The notes beneath the pieces are model-generated. The model saw only the letters and a list, made by a program, of their open reading frames with translations. It was not told the origin of the DNA and did not search any database. The position numbers and the translations under genes were made by a program. A stretch of 64,000 nucleotides of DNA from Candidatus Marinacidobacterales bacterium (GTDB lineage: Bacteria; Acidobacteriota; Vicinamibacteria; Marinacidobacterales; DATDRI01): the NCBI GenBank assembly GCA_965219415.1, contig CBDCNP010000002.1:1760001-1824000 (forward strand), in the 5' to 3' direction. Positions 20,721 to 31,731 of the stretch are shown one piece after another; position 1 is the first letter of the stretch; every line of letters begins with the position of its first letter.

Positions 20721-20912
20721 AACTGGACGTTACAACACAATGCTAGCGGCCCGGAGAGAGTCCGTCAAGGGTCGGCGGCCGAGCTCTCTCCGTAAACTAC
20801 TGAGAAAGAGATGTTTTGACATTTCGGGGGGGGCATGCGAGAATAGAGCCCACTTCTTGCCCGTGCGCATGTCCTCTCAGATATTAACCAGGTGGGTCTC
20901 TGACTCGAAGTC

Positions 20913-23523
20913 ATGAGCTTCCTTAAGAGCTTCTTGCCGGCGCCGATCGTCGATATCTTCGTACCGATCGCTCTTATTCTCCTAGCCGTCTACGTAATCA
21001 AGAACTACATCTACCCCTCGGTACGGGCCAAGCTCCAAGAATCAGGAGCCTGGGATCGGATCATTGATCGATTCGGGGCCGAGAAGTATCGTGAGATGCA
21101 ATTCAGTCGCGAGATCACGACCCTCAAGAAGCAGGGTGACCTGATGGGGGCGGCCCAACTCTACGAAGATGCAGAGTGGTACGAAGAGGTCATAGAAACG
21201 TACCAGGAAGCCGAAGAATACACTGCCGCTGGAGCCTTGTACGAAAAGCTCGAGCACTATGAGCACGCTGCGGAAATGTATCGGTGAGCGGACGACTGGA
21301 AGCGCGCCGCTAATACACTGGTTTCGGCCGGACATGGCGAAAAGGCCGCGGAAATCTATGAACAAAACGGGCAGAAGATCGACGCCGCAAAGCTCTACTA
21401 CGACGCCGGAGTATTCGACCGAGCCGCCGAGCTCTACGAGCAAGTCTCCTACCACCCTCAGGCCGCCCAGGCCTTCGAAAAGTTGGGGAAACACCTGAAG
21501 GCGGCCGAGAACTACGAGAAACACTGGCTAGCCACTAGCTCTTTCGGAGGCGGCGGCCTCATCTCGTCCGGTTCCGATCGGGAGGCCAAGGTCGCCCTAG
21601 TCGCAGGGCGGCTGTACGAAAAGTGCGAGGAGCTGGAGAAAGCGGCTAGCATTTACCAACGCGCCCGCCTGACAAAGAAAGCGGCCGAGCTCGCGGCTCG
21701 CCTGGGCAACTTCGACCAAGCCGGAGGAGATGCTCCTCAAGGAAGAGGAGCTGGAGAAGGCCGCGGCGATGTTCCAGAAAGCGGGCCAGACAGAAAGGGC
21801 GGCGGCAATCAGAGGCGAGGTTGCGTTCCGACAAGGCGATGCAGCGAAGGCGGCCGAGGAATTCCTGCAGGGCGGGGACAACCTGCGGGCGGCCGAGCTC
21901 TTCGAGTCGGTGGGCGATCTGACGTCCGCTGCGAAGTGCTATGAGCAGAGCGAATCGCTTCTCCAGGCGGCGAACGTCTACCTCCGTGCAGAAAAGAAAC
22001 AAGAAGCCGCTACGATGTTCGAACGTGGCGGCGACGCGTTGATGGCGGCCAAACTGTACTCCGAAGTTGGAGAAGAGAGTAAGGCGTCCGAGCTCTTCGA
22101 AAAGGGAGGGCGTTTCTTCGAGGCGGGCAGGTTGGCTCATCGCCTGGGTGAAGGGGAACGGGCAATCCAGCTATTTCAGCGAATCGAGCCGTCGGATGAG
22201 AACTACGAGACCGCGACGGTTCTGCTCGCGCGACTCTTCCTCGACAAGAACATGGTCTCCCTCGCCCAAGAGAAGCTCCAGCGGGTGTTGCGCGATCGGC
22301 CGATCGGACCGCAGACACTGGAACATTACTATTGTCTCGGGCTGGTTTATGAAAAGCTCGGCAAGCACGACGAAGCGATCGAGACCTTCCGCAAGGTGAT
22401 GGCAGAACGGTACGGGTTCGAGGATGTGGAAGAAAGGATTGCTCGTTTGAGCGATCCGGCGGCCGCGGCGCGACAGTCTGAGCAGGCTCAACAGGCTCCG
22501 GCGCCTGCCATTCCACCCACCCCGGTTGCCTCCCCGGCCGCGACGCCAGAACCTGTGGCGCCGCCACCTGCGGTGGGCGCACATCAGGCGGCCGGTGCCC
22601 CCGCAAAACCGGCACGGCGCGCTGCGCCACCGCGTCCGACCACCGCCCCGAGTCGGCCGGCCCCAACTGCTCCGCCTACCGGGGCGGCACCCAATCCATC
22701 GACGGCGGCCAAGCCAGCTGCAGCTGCGAGCCGACCGACCTCATCTACCGCTCCAAGCGCTGCGCCGGCTCCTCCTTTCAAATTGCTCGAAGAACTCGGC
22801 CGCGGTCTCTTGGGCGGCACGTTCAAAGCCGTCGATACTCGGAACGGCCGACCGGTGGTGGTCAAGTTTTTGAAGAAAGACCTCCTCCAGGACAAAGAGA
22901 TCGTCAAACGCTTCTTGGCGGAAGCGAAAATTGCCCGCAGCTTCGACCATCCCAACTTGGTTCGCCTGCTTGGATTGACCGAGATGCGCGGACAAAAGAC
23001 CGTCATCATGGAGTTCGTTGAGGGGCGCAGCCTGGCGACGATCTTGACAGGCGAACGACGCCTGAACGTCAGGCAGGCGATCGATCTCCTCACCAACCTG
23101 TGCGTTGCCCTGGCCTACGCGCATCAACGGCAGGTTCTACATCAGGACCTGAAGTTGACCGATGTACTGGTCGCCAAGGGCGGCAAATTACGCCTATCCG
23201 GTGTCGGCTTGGGCGCCCTCCGTACGCCGGCGCTCGGCAAAGGAGATGGATATGCGCCTCCGGAGTTCCTCGCCGGCAACCGTGCCGACGCGAGAACCGA
23301 CATCTACTCGCTGGGCGGTCTGCTCTTCCACGGAATGACTGGGCTCCACCCTGCCAGTCCTCGAGCGGCAGCCAACGGTGCTCCCCCTACCCTTCAGAAG
23401 CTGGTGCCTGGAATCCCTGCGGCGCTGGACCAGATCATCGCCCGATGTCTGGCCGAAGAGCCGAATGGGCGTTTCCGCAACGTTGCCGAGCTACTGGCCG
23501 CAACGTACGCGGTCAAGACCTGA
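20913..23523 (+). pseudogene. TM-TPR-Pro/Ala linker-Ser/Thr pseudokinase; in-frame TGA at 21285 and frameshift near 21727 (may be assembly errors)
   Basis: AAxxYE/FE TPR-like repeats continue in frame across the TGA; kinase segment LGRG, VVKFL, HPNLVRL, MEFVEG, HQDLK, YAPPE, DIYSLG. Confidence 0.8.
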
Positions 23524-23525
23524 AA

Positions 23526-24179
23526 GTGCACTGCTGGTATTGCGGCAAAGTTAAAGGCAAGCGGTCCTGCCCCGCTCACGGAGGCGACGGCATTTGCTCG
23601 CGCTGCTGTGGCACCAAGCGGAGAGTGGAGATCGATTGTCCGACGGACTGCCCCTACCTCCATGGTGAGCACGATCCGCGATGGGAGCACCCCGGCAGAC
23701 AAATGGACGATATGCGTTTCCTCTCCAATTTCGCCGGTCTCCCGCGAGAGCGGGTCCCCCTTTTGATCTTCATTCACTCTCTGTTGGTTCGAGCACGGCG
23801 CGATGTAGTGGCCGAGCTCAGTGACGCAGAGCTCGAGGTGGTCGTTTCCACGCTGGCGCGCACGTTCGGTACGCTCTCCAAAGGCGTCGTTTACGAGCAC
23901 AAGAGCGAGGACCTTCGACTTCAAGCGGCTATCACGAGAATTGGGGAAACTCTGGCTCGGCGTCAAGAGTTGCCAGGTGCACCTCCGTCTTCCGACGCCG
24001 ATGTGCTCGCAGTACTGGAGACCATTCAATCGGCGATCGGAACCCATCAAAAACAGGCCGCGAGTCAGAAGAGCTATCTGGACTCCGCCGAAAGAGTTTT
24101 TCGAGGAGCGCTAGCGAAACTCCCCGAACCCGACGCTCCAGGCCAACCGGAGGGTGGACGGCTCATCGTCGAACCCTAG
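23526..24179 (+). CDS. Hypothetical protein with Cys-rich N-terminal zinc-binding domain
   Basis: GTG 2 bp after the kinase stop; CWYC...CPA...ICSRCCG...CPTDCPYL. Confidence 0.75.
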   Translation: MHCWYCGKVKGKRSCPAHGGDGICSRCCGTKRRVEIDCPTDCPYLHGEHDPRWEHPGRQMDDMRFLSNFAGLPRERVPLLIFIHSLLVRARRDVVAELSDAELEVVVSTLARTFGTLSKGVVYEHKSEDLRLQAAITRIGETLARRQELPGAPPSSDADVLAVLETIQSAIGTHQKQAASQKSYLDSAERVFRGALAKLPEPDAPGQPEGGRLIVEP

Positions 24180-24281
24180 CACGACATAACGTCTGCCCGC
24201 CTCACCTCATCGACGCCGTAGACTCAAGGGGAGGCCTGCCGATGCTATGCTATGGTGGGTTTCTGAAGACGAGCGATCATT

Positions 24282-25307
24282 TTGGCCAAACGCCCGCAGG
24301 CTGCCGTCCTTGGCGATATCAACCGTGATCTTTTCGTACGGCTCCGCTCGTTTCCAAAGCCCGGGCGGGACAACCCCGCCGAAGGCAGCACCTGGGCCCT
24401 CGGAGGGTCGGCCGCCAATACGGCCGTTGTCTTGGCACGCCTTCGCGTTCCCACTGGCGTCATTGGGCGAATCGGCAAGGACCCCGAAGGTCAAGCGCTT
24501 CTCAAAGAATTGACCCGTGCGGGCGTCGGTACCGGCGGGGTTCAAAAAGACGCGGCCCGTCCGACAGGCATCTGCGTCATACCCGTGGTCGCAAACGGTG
24601 AGCGCACTTTGATTGGCGTCCGCGGCGCAAACATGGCGCTCGAGCGCCAAGGAATCGTTGAAGCCATCGACGGCATCCGGCACCTCCATGTCTCCGGCTA
24701 CGCGTTGATCGAACAGGAGTCGCGCCGGGCGGCGATGCTTGCCCTCGAAACGGCACGAAAGCGAGGAGCGACGACGTCGCTCGACTTCGGCTGGGAGCCG
24801 GCGGTCGGCGCATCGGACGTGCTCCGCCGCGCCTTGCGGCACGTCGACCTGGCGTTACCGAGTGCCCGGGAGCTCAGGCTCGCATTCGATGAGCGACGAT
24901 TGAGTCGCGCCGCGAGCAAGGCCCGTGAACTTGGAGTCGATCAGGTAGCGGTGACGCTCGGTGCCGGCGGCTGCCGGGTCTATACCAATCAATCTATTTT
25001 TAGAGTACCGCATTTCGAGTCGAGAGCCATCAACACCTGCGGCGCGGGCGACGCCTTCAACGCCGGCTATATCCTTGGCATGCTCTCGGGTGTAAGTTCG
25101 GAGGCTTGCGCGATCTTGGGAAACGCCGCTGGTGCCGCGGTGGTTGGCTCGGAATCGTCCCACCAGGCCGCCACGCGAGCCGAGCTCGTCAAGATCATTC
25201 AGCGCGAGAAGAGTAGCCCTAGGCTCCAGCGCTTCGATCTGGCGGTTCGCGATACCATTGAGCTTCTATCGAGAAGAGCTAAGAGGAAAAGGAGGCCGCC
25301 CCGATGA
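24282..25307 (+). CDS. PfkB/ribokinase-family carbohydrate kinase
   Basis: GGSAANTA, VTLGAGG, NTCGAGDAFNAG. Confidence 0.92.
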   Translation: MAKRPQAAVLGDINRDLFVRLRSFPKPGRDNPAEGSTWALGGSAANTAVVLARLRVPTGVIGRIGKDPEGQALLKELTRAGVGTGGVQKDAARPTGICVIPVVANGERTLIGVRGANMALERQGIVEAIDGIRHLHVSGYALIEQESRRAAMLALETARKRGATTSLDFGWEPAVGASDVLRRALRHVDLALPSARELRLAFDERRLSRAASKARELGVDQVAVTLGAGGCRVYTNQSIFRVPHFESRAINTCGAGDAFNAGYILGMLSGVSSEACAILGNAAGAAVVGSESSHQAATRAELVKIIQREKSSPRLQRFDLAVRDTIELLSRRAKRKRRPPR

Positions 25308-26173
25308 CTCCGGAGTGGAAAAAGAAACAAGACGCCCTTCGCCTGACCAACCTGAGCGGAATGTTCGGCGTCGAAAAACCCGTCATCGCCATGGTGCACT
25401 TGCCCCCCCTGCCCGGCGCTCCCAACTACCACGGCCAGGGCATCGAACCGATTATCGAATGGGCGCTTCGAGATGTGGAGATCTACCAACAAGCTGGTGT
25501 CGACGGACTCATCGTGGAGAATATGTGGGACCATCCGTTCTTCGTGGGCAAAGGAGTGCCGCCCGAAGAGATGACCGCCCAGGCGGTAGCGGCACGCGAG
25601 GTCGTGAAGGCCGCCAAAGTTCCCACCGGGATCAACGTAATCCACAACGGCGGAGAAGTTACGCTGTCCATCGCGGTAGCCTCCGGCGCAAGCTTCGTCC
25701 GCATCTGCATCCTGACCGGCGCTAGGCTTTGGGATACCGGAGAGCTCGACCACGGGTGTGCGGCCCGACTGCTCCGGCATCGGAAGCATCTCCATGCCGA
25801 GCACATCAAGATATTCGCAGACGTCGACAAGAAACATTCGGTTCCCTTCCCCGGTATGGATCTCGAGACCCATATCGAATGGACCAACTTTTACCTAGCC
25901 GACGCACTCATCGTATCGGGGCGAATGACCGGTGACGCGCCGGCACTCGACAAGGTGCGACGAGCGAAAGAGCTCTCGAGGGAGAGGCCCATTCTCATGG
26001 GGTCGGGGACTTCCGCCGACAACATCGCGGACTTCCTTCGGTACGCCGACGGAACGATCGTCGGGACGAGCATGAAAGTCGATGGCCAGGGCGAGAATTC
26101 GGTCGATCCTAAGAAGGTCGCTGATTATATGGAATCGGTCGAACAAGCCAGAGCTAGCCTTCGCGTCCCCTGA
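25304..26173 (+). CDS. BtpA/SgcQ family TIM-barrel protein
   Basis: MVHLPPLPGAP, GLIVEN..D.PF, ADVDKKHS, DALIVSG..TG, GSG, IVGT; ATGA overlap with the PfkB gene. Confidence 0.92.
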   Translation: MTPEWKKKQDALRLTNLSGMFGVEKPVIAMVHLPPLPGAPNYHGQGIEPIIEWALRDVEIYQQAGVDGLIVENMWDHPFFVGKGVPPEEMTAQAVAAREVVKAAKVPTGINVIHNGGEVTLSIAVASGASFVRICILTGARLWDTGELDHGCAARLLRHRKHLHAEHIKIFADVDKKHSVPFPGMDLETHIEWTNFYLADALIVSGRMTGDAPALDKVRRAKELSRERPILMGSGTSADNIADFLRYADGTIVGTSMKVDGQGENSVDPKKVADYMESVEQARASLRVP

Positions 26174-26282
26174 ACCCTAAGCCGCAACGCCCTACTTGCC
26201 GCATTGGCGAGACTGAAATAACATGACTCGCCTGGTGGGGACTTACCCGCCGCACTTCTAAACTGAGGGAGCAAAAGACCTT

Positions 26283-29087
26283 ATGAGCGATTCGTCTATC
26301 CGCCGTCTTCTTTCTCCCATCCTTACCCTCCGTGAAGGAGAGGCCGCGACCGCGGTCATGATGTTCATCTACTCCTTTCTGGTGATGACCGCCTACAACA
26401 ACATCAAACCCTCCGCGACGGGAAAATTCATTGCCGATGTGGGGGCGGACAACCTGCCCTGGGTCATGTTGTTTGCCGGAGTCGGGATGGGCTTCATCAT
26501 GCAGTACTACAGCCGCCTGGTTGGCAAGGTCCCTCGACTTTGGGTACTCCCGGGGACTCAGATGGTGGTGGTGGGAACTTTGGTCGCGTTCTGGTTCTTG
26601 TTCCAGACCAGCTCCACTTTGGTATCGGTGGCCTTCTACTTCTGGGGCCGGTTACTGGTCGGGATCTTCCTCATCAGTCAGTTTTGGACCCTCGCCAATG
26701 ACATCTACGATCCTCGCCAGGCTAAGCGTATCTTTGGATTCATTGGCGGTGGCGCCAGCCTGGGCGGTATGACCGGCGCCGGACTCACCGCCTTGCTAGC
26801 GGAGAGCGTGGGGGCGGTGAATCTAATTCTCTTCAGCGCCGGTCTCTTGGTCGTCTGCTTCTTTCTGGTCATTCAGATACAGCGGCGCACCCAGCTCAGC
26901 GGGGATGACTCGGCTCAGCCCGCCAAGGAAACCGTGGGCGGCGGCGAAGCCTTATCGATGCTCCGGCAGTCGAAGCATCTGCGGCTTATCTCCCTGGTAA
27001 TCGGCTTCGCAGCACTGGGCGCGGTAACCATCGAGCAACAGCTCAACATGGCCGCCGAACAGTTCGTACAGAGTGAAGACGGTATCGTCGGCTTCTTGGG
27101 ACAGATCACCTTCTACCTTTCAGCGATTAGCTTCGTCATACAGATCTATTTCACGAGCCGGATTCACCGAATCCTGGGGATTGGCTTCGCCTTGATGGTG
27201 TTGCCGGTGAGCCTGGGTGCCACCGCCCTTCTGATCTTGTTTAACCCAGTTCTGTTGTCAACGATGGTGGCCCGCATCACCGACACCTCCCTGCGTTACA
27301 GCCTGGACAAGACGACTCGTGAGGTTCTCTTTCAACCCCTCCCCAAAGAGCTCAAGCTGAAGGCCAAATCCTTTGTAGATGTCACTGCCGACCGGTTCAT
27401 CGGAAAGGGGATCGGCTCGGTGCTGCTTCTGATCTTGCTCAAAGTCGTCGGTGTTAGCTGGGTTCAGCTCAGCTTCCTCAGCTTGACCTACTGTGTCCTG
27501 TGGCTTTTCCTGGCACGTCGAGCCAAGACGGAGTATGTCGCGAGCTTCCGCCGCAGTATCGAGCACTTGGAGCTCGAGCCGGCGGCCATGAGGCCTCAGC
27601 TCAGCGACGCCGCCACAGTGGAGACCCTGGTCGAAGAACTCGGCAGTTCCGAGGAGCACCGAGTTCTCTACGCGATCGATCTGCTCGACTCTCTAGACAA
27701 GCGAAACCTCGTCACTCCGCTCCTACTCCATCATGCCTCCCCCGCGGTGCGGGCGCGCACCCTGAACGCAATGGAGTCGGCGCGGCCCGACCTGATGGAG
27801 CGTTGGGTTCCTGCCGTTGAACTAGCGCTGAAGGATGAGAGCCCCGACGTGCGAGCGGCGGCGGTGTCCGCCCTGGCCGCTATCCGGAGTGAGAAGATCA
27901 CCGAACTGATGCGGCCGTATTTAGACGACCCCGATCCTCGCATCGTCGCCGCCTCCGCGGTGGCGCTGGGAGGAAGCGAGCGGAGCGAGGACGTGGACTC
28001 CGCGGAGGCTGCGCTGAGAAGACTCGCGTCCGACCCGCGCGACGCGGCGGCCGAGGGCCGCCGCCAGGTTGCCCGCGCGGTAGCGCAGATCAAAGATCCG
28101 ATGTTCCAGAGCCTGCTGATCCCGCTGATGTACGATGCAAATATCGACGTCGCCAAAGAAGCGATAGAGAGCGTGAGTCGTCTCGGCGCCTCGGACTACA
28201 TGTTCGTGCCTTCTTTGGTGTCGCTTCTCCGCCATCGGCAACTCAAGAACAGCGCCCGGCAGGTACTGGTCAGCTACGGAGAGGGCATGCTCGACACCCT
28301 CGCCTATTTCTTGAACGATCCCGATGAGAACCCGTGGGTCCGGCGTCACATCCCGGGCACCCTGGCACTCATTCCATCGCAGAAATCGATCGACATCCTT
28401 CTCAAGGCCCTCGAAGACGACGACGGCTTCATTCGCTACAAGACGGTGACCGCTCTAGGGAGGCTGCGCCGGGAGCATCCCGAGCTGACGATCGATCCCG
28501 AACCGGTGGAGAAACTCGCCCTTCGAGACGCCCTTCGCTACTATCGTTACTTCGGAGTCCACTACGATCTCTTCGAGAAAGAGGGGTTGTCCACGGATTC
28601 GCTCATCGGTCGAGCCGTCGAGGAGAAGATGCGACGGGCGTTGGACCGTATCTACGGGCTCTTGGGACTGATTTACCCGTGGAAAGACGTGGTGGCGGCG
28701 CGCTGGACGATTCAACATGGAGAAGGCCGTTCCCGTGCGAGCGCCACCGAGTTCCTCGATAACCTGCTGAGCCGGGACCTCAGGAAGCGACTCATGCCCA
28801 TCATCGAAGAGATGCCTCTCGAGGAGAAAGTTCGTAAGGGCAATGTCTTCTTGAAGACCCGGGTCCGGAGTGCAGTAGAAACACTAACCCGACTCATCTA
28901 CGACGATGATCCGGTAGTGGCTGCCACTGCGATCGATCTGGTTCGAGAACGAAAGCTTTGGTCGCTCGCGGACGACATCGAGGAAGTCCTGGCCTTTCGC
29001 GACGTCAAGGATTTCGTAGTTTTCGAAGCGGCCTCTTTCGCCCTGGCCGCCCATCGGTTAGGAAAGGAGAGGCCCCATGCAGTTTGA
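26283..29087 (+). CDS. Npt1/Npt2 (NTT/TLC-like) nucleotide transporter fused to HEAT repeats
   Basis: About 12 TM segments; SQFWTLANDIYDPRQAKRIFGFIGGGASLGG, LRYSLDKTTRE.LF.P, KAKSFVD; C-terminal helical VRAAA repeats. Confidence 0.88.
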   Translation: MSDSSIRRLLSPILTLREGEAATAVMMFIYSFLVMTAYNNIKPSATGKFIADVGADNLPWVMLFAGVGMGFIMQYYSRLVGKVPRLWVLPGTQMVVVGTLVAFWFLFQTSSTLVSVAFYFWGRLLVGIFLISQFWTLANDIYDPRQAKRIFGFIGGGASLGGMTGAGLTALLAESVGAVNLILFSAGLLVVCFFLVIQIQRRTQLSGDDSAQPAKETVGGGEALSMLRQSKHLRLISLVIGFAALGAVTIEQQLNMAAEQFVQSEDGIVGFLGQITFYLSAISFVIQIYFTSRIHRILGIGFALMVLPVSLGATALLILFNPVLLSTMVARITDTSLRYSLDKTTREVLFQPLPKELKLKAKSFVDVTADRFIGKGIGSVLLLILLKVVGVSWVQLSFLSLTYCVLWLFLARRAKTEYVASFRRSIEHLELEPAAMRPQLSDAATVETLVEELGSSEEHRVLYAIDLLDSLDKRNLVTPLLLHHASPAVRARTLNAMESARPDLMERWVPAVELALKDESPDVRAAAVSALAAIRSEKITELMRPYLDDPDPRIVAASAVALGGSERSEDVDSAEAALRRLASDPRDAAAEGRRQVARAVAQIKDPMFQSLLIPLMYDANIDVAKEAIESVSRLGASDYMFVPSLVSLLRHRQLKNSARQVLVSYGEGMLDTLAYFLNDPDENPWVRRHIPGTLALIPSQKSIDILLKALEDDDGFIRYKTVTALGRLRREHPELTIDPEPVEKLALRDALRYYRYFGVHYDLFEKEGLSTDSLIGRAVEEKMRRALDRIYGLLGLIYPWKDVVAARWTIQHGEGRSRASATEFLDNLLSRDLRKRLMPIIEEMPLEEKVRKGNVFLKTRVRSAVETLTRLIYDDDPVVAATAIDLVRERKLWSLADDIEEVLAFRDVKDFVVFEAASFALAAHRLGKERPHAV

Positions 29088-29991
29088 GCTGCTTCCTCCG
29101 GTTCCCGCCGTCGTGCTCGCCGACAATCTGAGGCAGATTCCCCTTTTCAGCTTCGTAGGCGTCGACGAGCTCTTTCGTATCTCATCTATCGCCCGCCAGG
29201 TGCGTCATGAAGAGGGCCGCACCATCCAGGAAGAGGGCGCGCCCGTGGAGTACATCCAAGTCCTCGTCGAGGGCAAGATCCACGTCTCGGGTAAACAACG
29301 GGAGGAAGAAGAAGTAGGCCCGCCGACATTGCTTGGGTTCCGCGAGGTACTGGAGGGTGCCCCTCTGCGAGAAACCGCCCGCGCCGTCGAAACATCCATC
29401 TGCCTTGCCATCGCCAGCGAAGAGTTTCGCGTTCTTTTGTCCGACAATATCGAGCTGGCTCAGGGTCTCTTCCGGATGCTGCTCAGCGCTCCTTCAGGAA
29501 AGGAAAAACCAAGTATCCGTGAGCGTGCGGTGCACCCGGAAGAAAGGTCCCTAGACACGGCAGGTAGTGAGAGGTTGAAACCCATCGAAAAAGTGCTCCT
29601 CCTCCAAGAGCTGCCCGTTTTTTCCAGAACGACCGCCGACGAGCTGCTTGCCCTCACCGCCATCGCCCAAGAATTCCCGCTTGTCAAAGATGAGCGTATT
29701 TTCAGTGAGGGAGATCAGCCCGCGATCCACATCATCCTTTCGGGAGAGGTATTGGTTGAACCCCCCGAGGACACCGTCGGCGGTGCCTTAGTAGTCAAGG
29801 CAGGCGACGCGCTGGGCCTCGACGAAACCCTAGCCGGAACCCCCTTCGGCTGGCGTGGTAACGTGGTTGAAGAAGGCTTGGCTCTCCGCATCGAGCGAGA
29901 ACGACTCTTCGAAGTCTTGGCGGACCACGTAGATCTCCTGCAGGGATTGTTCAGCTCCTTGTTCCAGTCCGAGCCTGGTACGAGCACCTAG
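29077..29991 (+). CDS. Tandem cyclic-nucleotide-binding domain protein (possibly the frameshifted C-terminus of the NTT-HEAT protein)
   Basis: Two repeats LRQIPLF / LQELPVF...IFSEGD...ILSGEV...GDALG; 11-bp overlap with the upstream stop. Confidence 0.82.
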   Translation: MQFELLPPVPAVVLADNLRQIPLFSFVGVDELFRISSIARQVRHEEGRTIQEEGAPVEYIQVLVEGKIHVSGKQREEEEVGPPTLLGFREVLEGAPLRETARAVETSICLAIASEEFRVLLSDNIELAQGLFRMLLSAPSGKEKPSIRERAVHPEERSLDTAGSERLKPIEKVLLLQELPVFSRTTADELLALTAIAQEFPLVKDERIFSEGDQPAIHIILSGEVLVEPPEDTVGGALVVKAGDALGLDETLAGTPFGWRGNVVEEGLALRIERERLFEVLADHVDLLQGLFSSLFQSEPGTST

Positions 29992-31697
29992 TGAAGAACT
30001 TCGCTGTACTGGCCTTGCTGACGGGGTTACTCGTCGGCGCCGCCGAAGTGCCTGCCGAGGCAGCCGGGGAGCGGTACGATTGGGAAAACGTTCCGCGCAT
30101 CGTGGCGGTGGGCGATGTGCACGGGGCGTACGAGAATCTTCTCACCGTTCTCAAGAACGCAGAACTGATCGACGACGAGCTGGACTGGATTGGTGGTGAG
30201 GCTCATTTGGTTCAAGTCGGTGACGTGATCGATAGAGGTGCCGACTCGCGAAAGAGTATAGACTTCTACATGGAGCTTCAGAAGAAGGCGAAGAAGGCGG
30301 GCGGCCGAGTCCATGTCCTCATCGGCAATCACGAAGCCTTCAACATGGTTGGGATCACCGACTACGTCACACCAGAGATATACGAGAGTTTCTCCGATGC
30401 GAAGTCCGAGAAAACATGGGAACGTGGGCTCAAGATCTACTATGACGAGCACCTCAAGGAAGCAAGAGCAGCGAACAAGATCATCCCTTCCAAGGAAGAG
30501 GTCAAGGGAATTTTCCTTCAGAAGTACCCACGCGGTTACTTCGGTCACCGCGCGATGTTCGCAACCGGCGGTCGATACGGCAAGTGGATACGCGGAAACA
30601 ATGTTGCCGTTCGTTTGAACGGTATCGTCTTCACGCACGGCGATTGGAGCGAGGAAATCTCGGCAGTCGGTATCGAGAAGGTGAACGAAGAAGTCAGGAA
30701 TGAGTTGAACGGCAAGGCGGCCCTCGAAGAAGGGCTAACCTTTCACTTGAAGTCGCCCCTACAATATCGTGGGCTCGCCGAGGTCCCACTCAGCCGCCAA
30801 CCGCAGGAGGCACATCAGGAAGAGGTGGACCGGATTCTTGCCAACCTGGAGGCAGAGCGGATGGTCGTAGGCCACACCGTGACCCAAGGCGTCATCGAAC
30901 CCCGCTTCGGCGGCAAACACATTAGCATCGACACAGGCATGCTCGAACTCTACGAAGGAGGCCACCAGGTGGCGCTAGAGATCGAAGGCGATACCTTGAG
31001 TGCCATCCACCCCGGGGGCAAGGTGAAGCTTCCCGAGTACCTTGATGAGACGAACTTTGCCGCCTACTTGGAAGAAGTGGCGGCCGTGGACAAGGACAAC
31101 GTTACCGTCTACGTGAAGCTCTCGGAAGAGTACCTCGCCAAGGCTGACCTGGAGAGCGCGCGGCTTGCTATAGAGCAGCTCTTGCGCATGTCCAAGCCGG
31201 TCCCCTTCCGGTACAACAAGACGTTGGGAGATATCTATCGTGGCCTGGGAATGGCGGAGGAGGCTCGAGAACAGTACCTGCTCTACATGGACGGTCTAAA
31301 GAAGGTCGTCGAACGGACACCCGACAACCCACATCTCAAGAACCTAGTGGCCCGCTTCTCCTTGGATCACAACTTGGATCTGAACGTCGCCGAGGACATG
31401 ATCCGACAAGCAGTGAGCGAGCAACCCGACAATCCTTCTTTTCTTCTAACCTTCGGGCGCCTTCAGGTCGTGCTTCATCAGTACGCCCAAGCAATCGAGA
31501 ACCTGCAAGAAAGCATCGAGAGAGGCACCGAGGGCTACGAAGCCTATTACCAACTGGGGCTCGCTTATCTCGGGCTGGGAGACACCTCCAAGGCCCGCGA
31601 GGCCTTCGAGCTCGCCGTGCAAACCGATCCGACTGCCGGCGATGATGCCCGACAAGAGCTTCAGAAGCTAACTGATGCCGAGGATTTACCAAGGTAG
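29991..31697 (+). CDS. Secreted Shewanella-like PPP metallophosphatase with C-terminal TPRs
   Basis: Signal peptide; GDVHG, GDVIDRG, GNHE, HG, VVGHT, IDTG; TPR AYYQLGLAYLGLG. Confidence 0.9.
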   Translation: MKNFAVLALLTGLLVGAAEVPAEAAGERYDWENVPRIVAVGDVHGAYENLLTVLKNAELIDDELDWIGGEAHLVQVGDVIDRGADSRKSIDFYMELQKKAKKAGGRVHVLIGNHEAFNMVGITDYVTPEIYESFSDAKSEKTWERGLKIYYDEHLKEARAANKIIPSKEEVKGIFLQKYPRGYFGHRAMFATGGRYGKWIRGNNVAVRLNGIVFTHGDWSEEISAVGIEKVNEEVRNELNGKAALEEGLTFHLKSPLQYRGLAEVPLSRQPQEAHQEEVDRILANLEAERMVVGHTVTQGVIEPRFGGKHISIDTGMLELYEGGHQVALEIEGDTLSAIHPGGKVKLPEYLDETNFAAYLEEVAAVDKDNVTVYVKLSEEYLAKADLESARLAIEQLLRMSKPVPFRYNKTLGDIYRGLGMAEEAREQYLLYMDGLKKVVERTPDNPHLKNLVARFSLDHNLDLNVAEDMIRQAVSEQPDNPSFLLTFGRLQVVLHQYAQAIENLQESIERGTEGYEAYYQLGLAYLGLGDTSKAREAFELAVQTDPTAGDDARQELQKLTDAEDLPR

Positions 31698-31731
31698 GAG
31701 GTCAAAGCCATGAGTAGACTGTATCTTTTGT

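Noticed and set aside
21285-21287. In-frame TGA in the TPR gene as selenocysteine or recoding
   Set aside because: Falls in a TPR helix (YR*ADDW) where CGA Arg is one change away; no redox context
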